Of a stretch of 64,000 nucleotides of DNA, positions 10,314-20,906 are shown piece after piece (the stretch's first letter is position 1; each line of letters starts with the position of its first letter). The DNA lies in NCBI GenBank assembly GCA_964635905.1, contig CAZWPK010000002.1, positions 141,621-205,620 on the forward strand, given 5' to 3'. Made by a program: the position numbers and the translations under genes. Origin of the DNA: an uncultured Pseudomonadales bacterium (lineage in GTDB: Bacteria > Patescibacteriota > Microgenomatia > UBA1400 > UBA12028). The notes under the pieces were generated by a model. That model was not told where the DNA came from. It did no database searches and saw only the letters and a list, made by a program, of their open reading frames with translations.

Positions 10314-11084
10314 ATGATCATCGCGCTGCTGCTCATTCCAGTCTTCATGGTTCTAGCGTCCATGTACCTCTATCGGTTTAGTGGCAGGCGTGAGCTTTTC
10401 CATTTTGATCTGGTCCAGTTCCTCTATTCGTTTTTGATCTACCCACTAGGCTACGTCTGGATGAAAAACTTTCTCTATGTCCTGTTAACACAGGAAAGTG
10501 GAATGCAGTTTACTCCCGGAAGATGGATTGTCATTGATACTATTTTTACGATCTTTTTCTTATATTTTTATGCCTTTGGTATTATTCATTCGCTAACCAA
10601 AACCTTAAGCCTACAGTTGAATCGTGACCCATTGTTTGACCTGTTTGAACAGTTCAAATATTTTCACGAGTTTTTAAGTCACGTGGGTATGTACAGTGGA
10701 ACTTTTATCGTAATCACAATGCTCTCACTGGCAAACACGCTCTTCCCATTTGCGGTGACACTCCATCGTAATTTGTTTTGGGGACTGGTTGGCTTTGGTT
10801 GGACGACTGGCATCTTTTTATACATTGGACTGTTTTTCCTCACCGATAAGGGTGTGCAGTACAACCGATATAAGAAACTCATTCGCTTGACTTATGGAGG
10901 CGCGTTTGTCCTTCACATCATTGCCTATTTGATCTTGACACCAGCGTTCAATCTTCATTTTGGTGCGTACTGGCTGACGTTTTGTCTACTAACATCCTTG
11001 GTGATGTGTACCTTTTTTCTCCATCCTACCGACAGAGTACTACGGTACTTAACGCTACTGCGAATGAATAAGGGCATTGATTAA
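10314..11084 (+). CDS. Polytopic membrane protein, unknown function
   Basis: About 7 hydrophobic helices. Confidence 0.7.
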   Translation: MIIALLLIPVFMVLASMYLYRFSGRRELFHFDLVQFLYSFLIYPLGYVWMKNFLYVLLTQESGMQFTPGRWIVIDTIFTIFFLYFYAFGIIHSLTKTLSLQLNRDPLFDLFEQFKYFHEFLSHVGMYSGTFIVITMLSLANTLFPFAVTLHRNLFWGLVGFGWTTGIFLYIGLFFLTDKGVQYNRYKKLIRLTYGGAFVLHIIAYLILTPAFNLHFGAYWLTFCLLTSLVMCTFFLHPTDRVLRYLTLLRMNKGID

Positions 11085-11096
11085 GAAAAATTCAAG

Positions 11097-11477
11097 TTAC
11101 CGTACTTCTTGTGCATCTTGAAGTCGGAGCCTTAAATCCACTGGGGGGAACGGGAACGTATTCTGATCCGGATCCGCCTGTTTCACTTTCTCTAACTGTG
11201 GTCGTATTTCATCGCGTAGTCGCGACACACTCGGTTGAGCACTGGATGAAGCGGTTGGAACTGGGGTTTCCTCAACGTTTGGCACACGATGCGAGAGCGA
11301 AAAATACGCCGCAAACCCGACAATTCCCAGTAGTGCGGCAAGAACAAGAACGAAAAGGAACGGACTAGGTCGTTTTACTTCTCTAACCGGTTCTGGTGGC
11401 ATGGACGGAACAAAGGCATCTTGTGAAAGTTCCTTTTCTTGCGTGAAGGCTGATTGGTTTAGTTGATCGTTAGACAT
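11097..11477 (-). CDS. Single-TM hypothetical protein
   Basis: ATG 11477 overlaps the upstream stop; one TM, Pro-rich. Confidence 0.6.
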   Translation of the reverse strand: MSNDQLNQSAFTQEKELSQDAFVPSMPPEPVREVKRPSPFLFVLVLAALLGIVGFAAYFSLSHRVPNVEETPVPTASSSAQPSVSRLRDEIRPQLEKVKQADPDQNTFPFPPVDLRLRLQDAQEVR

Positions 11478-12258
11478 CGCCCGATAACTCCAGTGCAAAG
11501 GAAATACTTGCAAGCATCTTGATAAATGCTCCCGACAATTGGTCAGAAACTTGAGCATTCACACCAGCATTTGAACTTCGGTTCACCGAGTCAGTGTACA
11601 AGAGGTTTGCTTGTGCGAGTTGACTTTGCGCTGAATCAAGATTTCGATCAATTTCTGCGATTCCTCTAAATTTCTCAACACGTTTCGTCTCACTCATCGG
11701 AGACGCTTGAATAACGGCTTGAATGTGATCGCGTACCTCTTTGAGTTGATTTAACGCACTCTGAAGTTGTCCGATCCGAATGAGCGCAGACGCCCGATCG
11801 CTAATCAACAACAGTTCTTTTTCTTCTGTCTTCATCCAGGTCGTTTCTTGATCAAGTCGCAGTCGATCTGTCGCAATATCAACCCGCGCACGATGCTGTT
11901 GCAACTTATCTAGTACTCCGGTTAGCTGCGCATTTAAGGCATCTTTATTGGCTTGATTGAGTGTGGATTGGGAAGCTAAAGTTTCTTGTAACCCTAAATA
12001 ATATGAAATCAGCACACTCGCACGCGTCATGAAAAGATCTCGTCCACTTTGTACAGCTTCTTCTTGGGCTGCAAATGTCTTCAAACTGTAGTAGGAAGAG
12101 GATGCAATTGAGAACTGATCGTGTTGTAATCGATATTTTTCAATTAAGTTTCGATAATCCTGCGACGTGACCCCTGGCTGCTGCGCGCGCACCACCGACA
12201 CGGTTGCTGACTGAAAAAAAAGAACACTGCAGATGAAGACTATCGCCACTCGTTTCAT
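11470..12258 (-). CDS. Secreted helical/coiled-coil hypothetical protein
   Basis: Signal peptide ending VVRA, amphipathic helices. Confidence 0.7.
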   Translation of the reverse strand: MKRVAIVFICSVLFFQSATVSVVRAQQPGVTSQDYRNLIEKYRLQHDQFSIASSSYYSLKTFAAQEEAVQSGRDLFMTRASVLISYYLGLQETLASQSTLNQANKDALNAQLTGVLDKLQQHRARVDIATDRLRLDQETTWMKTEEKELLLISDRASALIRIGQLQSALNQLKEVRDHIQAVIQASPMSETKRVEKFRGIAEIDRNLDSAQSQLAQANLLYTDSVNRSSNAGVNAQVSDQLSGAFIKMLASISFALELSGDV

Positions 12259-12356
12259 GTATGGCTAGTGTATCAAAGGAATATGGGGTCTGGGTAGCCC
12301 CTCTCGACAGTTACCAAAAAAGTACCAGAAAAATGCGATGATATCAGCAATTCGCC

Positions 12357-12385
12357 TTGATTTTCTCTTGGCTTTTCGTTAGTCT
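12357..12385 (+). promoter_or_regulatory. Sigma70-like promoter of the HU gene
   Basis: TTGATT-17-TAGTCT upstream of ATG 12417. Confidence 0.4.
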
Positions 12386-12416
12386 GAGAACCATACAGAA
12401 ACTACACTGAAAAGCT

Positions 12417-12692
12417 ATGACAAAACTTCAACTTGTGAGTATTGTTTCCAGACGCGCCCATATGCCCAAGCGGGCTGCAGAAGAAGCAGTCGAAGTCTTG
12501 CTGGAAGAAATATCCAAAGCTCTGCAAAAAGGAGACAAAGTCGTTCTCTCCGGATTTGGAACGTTTACGCTAGGTAGAGTGAAAGATAAGGAAGTCGTTC
12601 CTTTTGGAAAATCCACGGGAAGAGTCACCATTAAAGGACATAAAGTAGTCAACTTTAAACCCGGTAAGCCCTTACGGAAAATTGTGTGGTAG
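12417..12692 (+). CDS. hup: HU family DNA-binding protein
   Basis: MTK.QLV..., GDKV.LSGFGTF, FKPGK.LR. Confidence 0.9.
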   Translation: MTKLQLVSIVSRRAHMPKRAAEEAVEVLLEEISKALQKGDKVVLSGFGTFTLGRVKDKEVVPFGKSTGRVTIKGHKVVNFKPGKPLRKIVW

Positions 12693-12717
12693 TTTGGGGG
12701 TGAAAAAATCTACAACT

Positions 12718-13143
12718 ATGAAAGTGCTGTTACCATTATTGATTGTGATCGCCGGGGTTGGCGCCTTTATATTTATCCCTAGACTGCGAGCAAAAGTCCC
12801 AGGAATTCCCAATTTATTGCCCACGGTTACAGTTCCATCCATTTCGCTTGCTCAATTTCAACGAGGCACAAGCGACGCTCCAGTTTCTGAGGATGCACCT
12901 TTGAGCAAGCCCTCCGTTTTGGGAGCAACAATTGCAAACACCGGTACTGCCATCGGTCAGTTTGCTGGATCCGTGTTTACAACGAATGCGAGCTCCTCAG
13001 GAAATGTCGATGTGTCTGCCGTAACCAAACAGATTTCAGAACATATTGAACAAATTCCCTCCACAGTGCTTAAACAAGCAAAAATAGAGTATTGCAAGCA
13101 AGTCCTCCTCGATGCTGCTTCCCAAGCCACACCCACACCTTAA
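12718..13143 (+). CDS. Membrane-anchored hypothetical protein
   Basis: N-terminal TM; SVLG motif typical of surface proteins in this window. Confidence 0.6.
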   Translation: MKVLLPLLIVIAGVGAFIFIPRLRAKVPGIPNLLPTVTVPSISLAQFQRGTSDAPVSEDAPLSKPSVLGATIANTGTAIGQFAGSVFTTNASSSGNVDVSAVTKQISEHIEQIPSTVLKQAKIEYCKQVLLDAASQATPTP

Positions 13144-13225
13144 TTTGGGGTCGATCGATGCCATACTAGTCAGATCTCTCAAGAAAAAGTAAAATAAACC
13201 ATAGCTTATAGGAGTTTACTTACCT

Positions 13226-14722
13226 GTGTCACCATTTAAACATGTTGTCTCTCGTTATCCTGTAAAAACGCAACGCTTCTTAGAGATCCTTCCAGGATTC
13301 GTCTCGTGGTCGTTGATTTTATTTCCTGTCTGGGGTTCCTATGTCATTCCGGAATTAGTCGCGTACTACATTATTGGATTCTCGGTCTACTGGTTATATC
13401 GCTCGATTTCCATGGCCGTTCTATCCGTTGTAGCGTTCTATCGAATTAAAGCGAGTATGCGAAACGACTGGCTTTCGGATGTGAAGAAACTTCCCAACTG
13501 GGATTCTGTTCACCACATCATCGTTATTCCAACCTACAAAGAACCCATCCATATCCTCCGGGAAACGTTGGATAGTTTATCCGTGCAAACCTACCCGGTT
13601 GCAAACTTACACATCATGTTGTCATTTGAAGAACGCGAGGGTGAAGAAGCGGTCAAGAAAGCTGCGTTGTTAGATGCAGAGTATGGCAAAATCTTTGGTC
13701 ACCTCTGGAGCACTTTACATCCCGACATTCACGGTGAAGTAAAAGGAAAATCGTCCAACACTGCTTGGGGAGCCAAAAAAGCAAAAGAGACGTTAGTCGA
13801 ACACGAACACTTCGACATGGATAAAATTACAATCAGTAGTGAGGATGCGGATGCCCGATTTCATCCTTCGTATTTTGCCAATCTAACGCATGCATTTTTA
13901 ACCTCTCCAAAACCTTTTAATCGGATTTGGCAAGGAAGCATTCGGTTCTATAACAACATTTGGAGAGTCCCAGTGCCTGTTCGGGTACTTGCCTCCATTT
14001 TCTCTGTAACACAGATGTTTATCTTGATGCGCCAAGACCGTCTAGTTAATTTCTCTACGTACTCTACCTCCCTTCGATTGATTGATCGAATCGGCTACTG
14101 GGATACCAATGTGATCCCGGAAGATTATCGTCTGTTCTTTAAGGCCTACTTTGCACTCAAAGGTGATTTAGAAGTGGAACCAATTTTTCTGCCCATTAAT
14201 GCCGATGCTGCAGAGAGTGTTGGCTTCCTTCCTACCATGGTCAATCAGTACGAACAAATTAAACGCTGGGCATGGGGAGTCAGCGATGATGCCTATATCA
14301 TCAAACAGTGGATCGTGGCTGAAGGGGTACCTTTTTGGGATAAAACGATTCGAGTAATCAAAACGGTTGAAGATCATTTCCTGTGGCCAGTAAACTGGTT
14401 TGCCATTACCATTGGAGCCCTACTCCCCCCATTTTTAAATGAGGACTTCAATCGTAGTAGTCTGGGGAAAACCTTACCACAAGTAACCTCAGCCTTACTG
14501 ACGATGTCACTGATTTCTCTATTTGTCATTTTTGTGATTGATGCGGCATCCCGACCAGCTCCAGAAAAAAAGCGCAGTCTATTACATCGAATATTGCAGC
14601 CATTAGAGTTCTTGCTACTTCCTGTACTAGGATTCTTTTTCTCAGCCTTACCAGGCCTCGATGCACATACCCGCTTGATGCTTGGAAAGTATTTAGAGTA
14701 TCGTGTTACAGAGAAGATCTAA
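13226..14722 (+). CDS. Processive-type GT2 membrane glycosyltransferase
   Basis: IPTYKE, GKSSN, DAD, IPED, QIKRW (QxxRW), flanking TMs. Confidence 0.88.
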   Translation: MSPFKHVVSRYPVKTQRFLEILPGFVSWSLILFPVWGSYVIPELVAYYIIGFSVYWLYRSISMAVLSVVAFYRIKASMRNDWLSDVKKLPNWDSVHHIIVIPTYKEPIHILRETLDSLSVQTYPVANLHIMLSFEEREGEEAVKKAALLDAEYGKIFGHLWSTLHPDIHGEVKGKSSNTAWGAKKAKETLVEHEHFDMDKITISSEDADARFHPSYFANLTHAFLTSPKPFNRIWQGSIRFYNNIWRVPVPVRVLASIFSVTQMFILMRQDRLVNFSTYSTSLRLIDRIGYWDTNVIPEDYRLFFKAYFALKGDLEVEPIFLPINADAAESVGFLPTMVNQYEQIKRWAWGVSDDAYIIKQWIVAEGVPFWDKTIRVIKTVEDHFLWPVNWFAITIGALLPPFLNEDFNRSSLGKTLPQVTSALLTMSLISLFVIFVIDAASRPAPEKKRSLLHRILQPLEFLLLPVLGFFFSALPGLDAHTRLMLGKYLEYRVTEKI

Positions 14723-14743
14723 TGTACTCCAAAGGATATTCCT

Positions 14744-16390
14744 ATGACATTACGCAAACTGATTGCGTTCGCGCTTCGCCATGAATATCTTATTTGGATT
14801 CTGTGTCTCAATGTTGTTCTCCGTCTTCCTAGCTTACTGGAACCGTATTGGTACGGGGATGAAGGTATCTACCTTACGCTGGGTTTGGGTATCCGCAACG
14901 GACTGACTCTCTATAAAGAAATTCACGATAATAAACCCCCAATTTTATATTTTTTGGCTGCACTTTCAGGCTCTGTATTCTGGTTTCGCTTTCTCTTAAT
15001 AGCTTGGCACTCTGTTTCTATTATTGTCTTTAATCAGTTAGCCCAACGCTTTTTTGATGTTGGTCGAACACTCAAACCCATCGTTATTGGAAAAGTTGAA
15101 TTTCCACCACTGCGTTTTTCGACATTGGCAACCGGACTTTTCGCCCTCGTTCCTATTTTTGCAGAAGGAAACATTGCCAACGGAGAAATTTTTCAACTTC
15201 TTCCGATCTTGCTTGGGTTCTTTACACTGTGGAAAGCAATCGATTCGAAAGCAACGTTGACTGCCCATCGTTGCTTTGTCGCCGTTTCAGGTTTTTGTTT
15301 TTCTCTAGCATTTTTAATAAAAGCCCCTGCACTACTGGAAACCTTTGCAGCCGGACTTTTTGGTTTTATTGTCGTCCCGTTTTTACGCTCCAAATTTACG
15401 TTCGACAAGAAACGTAGTACTTTTCAACTGATCGCCTTTTGCAAACAGGTTGTCTTTTCCGCTAGTCCCTATATTTTTATCGCCGCTTTCGTCATTCCGA
15501 TCCTACTCACCATCGTCTACTACTCTTTTGCAGGAGTAGGAGAGTTCTATGTGCGCGCGGCCTTTTTGCAAAACGTCGGGTATCTCTCATCCTGGCAAAC
15601 GGGATCGCATGAACAATTAAACGCAACGGAATCTGGGATTCCAACCAGATTAGCCCTCTTAGGAATCGGTATCCTAGGAATTATAAGTGTTGGAAAAGTA
15701 CTCCCAGTGGGTTTGACGCTTAGCGTACTTTGGTTTGCTTGCGCATTGTTTGGAGCTCTACTTTCAGGTCGTCCGTACCCCCACTATTTGATCAACGTGA
15801 TTCCTCCTGCTGCACTCGTAGTTACCTTTGGCGTCGAACAGTTACTCTCCAAGCGTGCCGCGTTGAAACAATCAGTTGGTCACAAACTGATTGTTATCGG
15901 TGTCATCGCCGTTGCCATCGGGACGGGAATTTTCGGCATCCTGCAAACACGATTCTGGTACTACCCTGTTGCGCACTATTATCAAAACTACATTCAGTTC
16001 GTCGTAGGATCCAAAAATAAATCAGCGTATTTTTCGTATTTTGATCCACGCTTAACCCAGATGTATGATGTCGCGACAAAGATTGTTTCCACAACCAACG
16101 ATCAAGATTCCATTTTCATTTGGGGTGATCTACCGACGTTGTATGCTTTGACTCGAAGGCTTCCACCCGGTCGCTATACTAGTGCGTATCACATTAAGGA
16201 TTTTAACGGATACGACGAAACGATTACGGCCATTGAGACTGCAACTCCAAAGTTCATCATCGTCGATACCGCATACGAACCAGTGTATCCAGGTCTTCGA
16301 GCTGTCATCGATCTGCACTATGTTCGCGTTGATACTTCGACATCCTTTTGGATCTACAAACGTTTAGCCGTTCCCCCCAGCACGCAGTGA
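14744..16390 (+). CDS. GT-C (PMT/ArnT-like) membrane glycosyltransferase
   Basis: DEGIY..., DNKPP in first loop, many TMs, R.YPHY. Confidence 0.8.
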   Translation: MTLRKLIAFALRHEYLIWILCLNVVLRLPSLLEPYWYGDEGIYLTLGLGIRNGLTLYKEIHDNKPPILYFLAALSGSVFWFRFLLIAWHSVSIIVFNQLAQRFFDVGRTLKPIVIGKVEFPPLRFSTLATGLFALVPIFAEGNIANGEIFQLLPILLGFFTLWKAIDSKATLTAHRCFVAVSGFCFSLAFLIKAPALLETFAAGLFGFIVVPFLRSKFTFDKKRSTFQLIAFCKQVVFSASPYIFIAAFVIPILLTIVYYSFAGVGEFYVRAAFLQNVGYLSSWQTGSHEQLNATESGIPTRLALLGIGILGIISVGKVLPVGLTLSVLWFACALFGALLSGRPYPHYLINVIPPAALVVTFGVEQLLSKRAALKQSVGHKLIVIGVIAVAIGTGIFGILQTRFWYYPVAHYYQNYIQFVVGSKNKSAYFSYFDPRLTQMYDVATKIVSTTNDQDSIFIWGDLPTLYALTRRLPPGRYTSAYHIKDFNGYDETITAIETATPKFIIVDTAYEPVYPGLRAVIDLHYVRVDTSTSFWIYKRLAVPPSTQ

Positions 16391-16412
16391 TATACTTAGG
16401 ACTACACTACCC

Positions 16413-16751
16413 ATGAATGAACTGCCGTTGAACCTACCAAAGTCGTACTGGATTATCCCGGTGGTTTCCATCCTTGTTTCTTTCGTGGTTGCAGTATTTT
16501 TGTATAGTCTAGCTCCTCCGCAAATTCCCATTTGGTACTCGCTTACCATTCCTGAGCAACAGTTGGAACGACGTGAGGCTATTTTCCTCTTTCCATTAGG
16601 CATCACACTCATTTGCGTATTACATGCTGGCTTATTCACCCGAAAAGGCGCTTATGATGGAGCGCTCCTTCGAATCTTAATTGGATTTTCATTTATTCCC
16701 ATTTTTCTATTTAGCTTAGGGCTATTACGACTGGCGGTTGTCATTTTATGA
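16413..16751 (+). CDS. Small 3-TM membrane protein (DUF1648-like)
   Basis: PPQIPIWYS after first TM. Confidence 0.6.
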   Translation: MNELPLNLPKSYWIIPVVSILVSFVVAVFLYSLAPPQIPIWYSLTIPEQQLERREAIFLFPLGITLICVLHAGLFTRKGAYDGALLRILIGFSFIPIFLFSLGLLRLAVVIL

Positions 16752-17818
16752 TGATACTCGTTCCCTTGTTGATCTCTGCAGTGCTCGCATTTTTGGTAGG
16801 GCCCCTTGTCATTGCTCTCTATAAGAAAAAAAAGTGGCTCGATGATCCGACCACCCAGAGTCATCCCAAGATTGTGCATACCTATCCAGTTCCCCGTGGT
16901 GGAGGGATCGTGGTGGCCAGTGCCATTTTGTTGTGCTTGGTGGCTTTCTTGCCCATGTCCAATCAAATTATCGGGATCATTATCGGCACCATTATTTTGC
17001 TCGTCGTTGGAATCTGGGATGATTTGGCAAATCCACCGCCACTTCTCCGTTTACTTCTCCAAACTCTTGCCGCCCTGTGTGTTGTATGGGGAGGAACTCT
17101 CATTACGTTTGTAACCAATCCGTTCGGAGGAATTTTGCATTTGAATAACTGGAGTATCCTCATTAGTCCCGAATTCTCCCTGCCGATTATTGCGGTTGTC
17201 TTCTCGGTTATCTGGATGCTCTGGTGCATGAATAGTGTGAATTTTTCTACTGGACTCGATGGGCAAATGCCGGGATATGTCGTGATTTCTGCCTTAACGA
17301 TTGCCGCTCTCTCTCAGAGATTTATCCTGGATCCTTCCCAAGAACAAGTGTTTACCTTAGCCATGATTGTTGCTGGTAGCTTTTTAGGCTTCTTGTTCTG
17401 GAACGTGTATCCACAAAAAATGATGAGTGGGTTTGGTGCCAGTACCATCGCAGGATTTTACTTAGCCGTCTTATCCATGTTGTCGGGAGCAAAACTTGCC
17501 ACAGCAATCTTAGTCTTAGCGGTTCCCATGGCTGATGCCGTCTTTGTCATCATCCGACGTCTTAAAAATAAAAAGTCGCCCTTTTACGGAGATCGCTCGC
17601 ACTTCCATCACGCACTCCTTGATGCCGGACTTTCAAAACCGCAAGTCGCCATTGTCTATTGGAGTAGTGCCGCGATCCTAGGAATCATTGCGCTACGGCT
17701 CAATAGTGGCCAAAAATTATTTGCAATTTTGCTTGTAGGCAGTGTTGTGTGTATGATTGCGATATGGCTTCGCTCGCTTTTTCAACACTTCGGGAAATCC
17801 GCCCACGTCAGTGGATAA
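16748..17818 (+). CDS. WecA/TagO-like polyprenyl-phosphate HexNAc-1-P transferase
   Basis: H..PVPRGGG, GIWDD, N..N...GLDG, DRSHFHH. Confidence 0.88.
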   Translation: MMILVPLLISAVLAFLVGPLVIALYKKKKWLDDPTTQSHPKIVHTYPVPRGGGIVVASAILLCLVAFLPMSNQIIGIIIGTIILLVVGIWDDLANPPPLLRLLLQTLAALCVVWGGTLITFVTNPFGGILHLNNWSILISPEFSLPIIAVVFSVIWMLWCMNSVNFSTGLDGQMPGYVVISALTIAALSQRFILDPSQEQVFTLAMIVAGSFLGFLFWNVYPQKMMSGFGASTIAGFYLAVLSMLSGAKLATAILVLAVPMADAVFVIIRRLKNKKSPFYGDRSHFHHALLDAGLSKPQVAIVYWSSAAILGIIALRLNSGQKLFAILLVGSVVCMIAIWLRSLFQHFGKSAHVSG

Positions 17819-18705
17819 AGAATCTCTCGCTCTATGCAGCGTTAGTCTTCTCTGGATTTTTCTTTTATCCCGGCTATTTTGCATCAGTTACCTTTGCTTT
17901 TATTCTGTTTTGTATGTTGTCGTCTGCGGTCTATATTTTTAATGACATTGTTGATGCCCCACAAGACAGATTGCACCCCTTTAAGCGAAAACGACCAATT
18001 GCTTCTGGAGAACTACCTATCGCGTATGCACAAATCATCGCTGCCAGTTTAATGGTTGCTGTTGTCATTGTCTCGGCGTTCATTTCCCCGTTCTTTTTAG
18101 TGCTTGCACTCCTGTATGTGGGATTGCATGTCTTGTACACCTATAGTTGGAAACATACGCCCATCTTAGACGTCATGGCGATTGCAGCGGGATTTCTCAT
18201 CCGCATCTATGCCGGAGCCGTGATCGTCAACTTGCACATGAGTGTTTGGTTCTTACTCACCGTTCTCTCTGCTTCACTCTTTTTGGCAGTAGGTAAGCGA
18301 CAAAGTGAACGCACGCTCTTAAAAGGCATTGGAGAAGATTTATCCAAACATCGTGAAACGCTCACGCATTACACCCAACGACTACTGGATGTCTATGTCG
18401 GAATGTTCGCGACTGCTACCTGGGTAACGTACGCTCTGTATACCTTTCAGCGTGATGAATTTAAACCAGAGGGAGTCCTCTTTGTGAGTTTGTTTGCCAA
18501 GTTGCCCCGAACCTTTACTGCGGAAAAGTGGTTGATGATCACGATTCCCTTTGTCATTTTTGGCGTCATGCGCTACCTGCAGTTGGTCTATGAAAACAAT
18601 CAAGGCGAAAGTCCCGAGCGCGTGCTTCTCCGCGACAAGCCACTCCTCCTGACTGCAATCCTCTGGGGAACGCTCGTCATGATCATTTTGTACGGTATTG
18701 GGTAA
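17764..18705 (+). CDS. UbiA-family decaprenyl-phosphate phosphoribosyltransferase-like protein
   Basis: RPRQWIKN, YIFNDIVD...DRLHP.KRKRPIASG, LAVGKR.SE, GESP. Confidence 0.85.
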   Translation: MASLAFSTLREIRPRQWIKNLSLYAALVFSGFFFYPGYFASVTFAFILFCMLSSAVYIFNDIVDAPQDRLHPFKRKRPIASGELPIAYAQIIAASLMVAVVIVSAFISPFFLVLALLYVGLHVLYTYSWKHTPILDVMAIAAGFLIRIYAGAVIVNLHMSVWFLLTVLSASLFLAVGKRQSERTLLKGIGEDLSKHRETLTHYTQRLLDVYVGMFATATWVTYALYTFQRDEFKPEGVLFVSLFAKLPRTFTAEKWLMITIPFVIFGVMRYLQLVYENNQGESPERVLLRDKPLLLTAILWGTLVMIILYGIG

Positions 18706-18758
18706 TTCCAAGCGCTACGTCAAACCTCGCTACGACGGATGAAGGCACTTCTACAGCG

Positions 18759-19019
18759 TTACAAAATCTGGATGAGTGAGAGCAACAGAACGGTTGAAAG
18801 TAATCCCACCGCAGCGTATTCCACCAGCAATCGCGTCGTTGTTATTTCGTTACGATGGGTAAATACTCCCCACAACGTATACCAAACTCCGACCAACACC
18901 GCGATCACTGCTTTATATCCCTGCATGGAAAAAACCAAGAATGCAGAGAGCAGCAGAGCTTCTCCCACAATCAACAGGATATAGTGATGCGACCGGTGCG
19001 TGAGTTCCTTTTTGATCAT
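18759..19019 (-). CDS. Small 3-TM hypothetical protein
   Basis: Hydrophobic; 4 nt downstream of the CAP gene. Confidence 0.55.
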   Translation of the reverse strand: MIKKELTHRSHHYILLIVGEALLLSAFLVFSMQGYKAVIAVLVGVWYTLWGVFTHRNEITTTRLLVEYAAVGLLSTVLLLSLIQIL

Positions 19020-19023
19020 AGGT

Positions 19024-19983
19024 TTAGAGGGTTAATCCTGATTTAAGGAAGATTACTACCACTAAAATGCCAAATAAGAACAGCATGTGACCTAAATTAC
19101 GCCCAGCTATCCGCACCACTTTCTTCTGATGGGTGACCCACATGTCCACAAAGAGGACGAGAAGGAGCGTTATAAGTATGGCGATACTAATTGCCTTTGT
19201 TACTTGAAGCGGGGTAAATAACTCTGGGCTTTCACTGATTGGGGCGGGTGTAGCCAAGCTTAGTGCGGGATTCGCCGCTGCAATAAAAGCTGGAGCTGAT
19301 TCTTCACCGGCTACTTCCGCTCGTTCTTGATCGGTGATTTCCGTCATTTCCGCTTTGACTTGCGGTGGAGCGGTTACGGCAGGTTTTTTAGCCGTGTTCT
19401 TGGCCGAGGGTACCAGAGCAGAACCAAACATCTGGACCACCAACGTCGTATCGGTGCCGAGTAGTTTACAGTCTACTACCCCGATACCGATGTCTTTGTA
19501 GCGGGTATTCATGATGTTTGCTTTATGTGTGGGAGACGCCATCCAGGCAGAGACCATTGAATCGGTGTCCGAAAAATCACGTGCCAAATTTTCACCAGCC
19601 ACAGAATAGCGATATCCCGAATCCTTAATAAAAACCCAAGGAGTGACACCTTTTGGCGAGATGTGGGACCAGTACTGCTCCGCACACATGTGTTTTCCTT
19701 TGGCTACCGCTGCCGCAGAAAGCTCCGGTTGTACGGTCAGATTTCCTAAACCAGCTTCTACTCTTTTGGCATTGGTCGTCGCCACAACAGAAGAAGAAGT
19801 AATACTCGATGAAAAACCCAAAACAGCTGGGAGTGGCCCCGTCGGGACTGAAAACACCGAAATCCATAGCTGCGCCACCACGACAATGCCGGTAAAAAGA
19901 GCAATCCCTTCCCCATGAAGCACCCAAGAACGATGGTTATTCGTTTTACGCGGTAAAAACAGATGGGCTAAAGTTTTTTGCAT
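19024..19983 (-). CDS. CAP/SCP-domain membrane protein
   Basis: AGENLA, AWMASPTHKANI, IGIG; C-terminal TMs. Confidence 0.88.
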   Translation of the reverse strand: MQKTLAHLFLPRKTNNHRSWVLHGEGIALFTGIVVVAQLWISVFSVPTGPLPAVLGFSSSITSSSVVATTNAKRVEAGLGNLTVQPELSAAAVAKGKHMCAEQYWSHISPKGVTPWVFIKDSGYRYSVAGENLARDFSDTDSMVSAWMASPTHKANIMNTRYKDIGIGVVDCKLLGTDTTLVVQMFGSALVPSAKNTAKKPAVTAPPQVKAEMTEITDQERAEVAGEESAPAFIAAANPALSLATPAPISESPELFTPLQVTKAISIAILITLLLVLFVDMWVTHQKKVVRIAGRNLGHMLFLFGILVVVIFLKSGLTL

Positions 19984-20096
19984 AGACAACTCTTCAAAGT
20001 ATGCGGTACTCCTCTCAAATCTTCAAGACCTGGTCCAGTGTCACAGTAAGGTCATGATACAATTATGTCCACAAACGCACTCAAAAGAGGAACACT

Positions 20097-20903
20097 ATGA
20101 ATCCATTTTTACATATCGTCTCCGATTATGGCGTCTCGGATCCTGCCTTCGGTGAAGTTTTGCAGCGACTACATGCGTCCCTCTCCGATATCTCTCCGAC
20201 AGTACACATCACTTCCGTAGATTTTTCAGACACGGTGGCGGGCGGGTTTTGGATCTATCAGTTCTTGATGGGTAAGACAGAAGATCAACCAATGACGTGT
20301 TACTCCAACATCGCTCCCCGAAAAGTACAACGTCATGCCATGAAGAACAATAGTGGAGAAGGCTTAAAGTACGGCAAATTAACCAATGGTGCCCAAGTGA
20401 TTGCCGTCAATTCAGAATACGTTTTCTCATTCATCAAACCGTATCTACAAGAATTTAAAGAAATTGAAGTTTCCAATCAAGGAACGCAGTTTCGCTCCCG
20501 CGACAACTATCCTCGAATCGTCAGTGAAGTACTGCATGGAAATCTGGACAGTTTAACCGAAAATCTTCCCTTAAGTCTAATTCCTGATGTTCCAAAATCT
20601 AAAATCGCTTGGGTCGATGGCTATGGCAATATCAAAACCACCATCCGCCGCTCAGAAGTGAATTTCCAACCAGGACAACAGTTAAAGATCGAAATTAACG
20701 GCGTGATTTGGACTGGATACATGGCTGATGGGACGTTTGGCGTCCATCACGGACAACTCGCGTTTGCGGCTGGAAGTAGTGGCTATGATGATCCGTTTAT
20801 GGAGATCTTCCTTAGACGCCATATCGTGCGCGACGTCTCCGCCTATGATGTCTTCAATCATCCCAAATGTGGAGATACCATTGCTATCACTCCGGAGGAG
20901 TAA
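20097..20903 (+). CDS. SAM hydrolase/halogenase (DUF62)-like protein
   Basis: SDYG..D, QFRSRD, WVDGYGNIKT motifs. Confidence 0.7.
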   Translation: MNPFLHIVSDYGVSDPAFGEVLQRLHASLSDISPTVHITSVDFSDTVAGGFWIYQFLMGKTEDQPMTCYSNIAPRKVQRHAMKNNSGEGLKYGKLTNGAQVIAVNSEYVFSFIKPYLQEFKEIEVSNQGTQFRSRDNYPRIVSEVLHGNLDSLTENLPLSLIPDVPKSKIAWVDGYGNIKTTIRRSEVNFQPGQQLKIEINGVIWTGYMADGTFGVHHGQLAFAAGSSGYDDPFMEIFLRRHIVRDVSAYDVFNHPKCGDTIAITPEE

Positions 20904-20906
20904 CGC

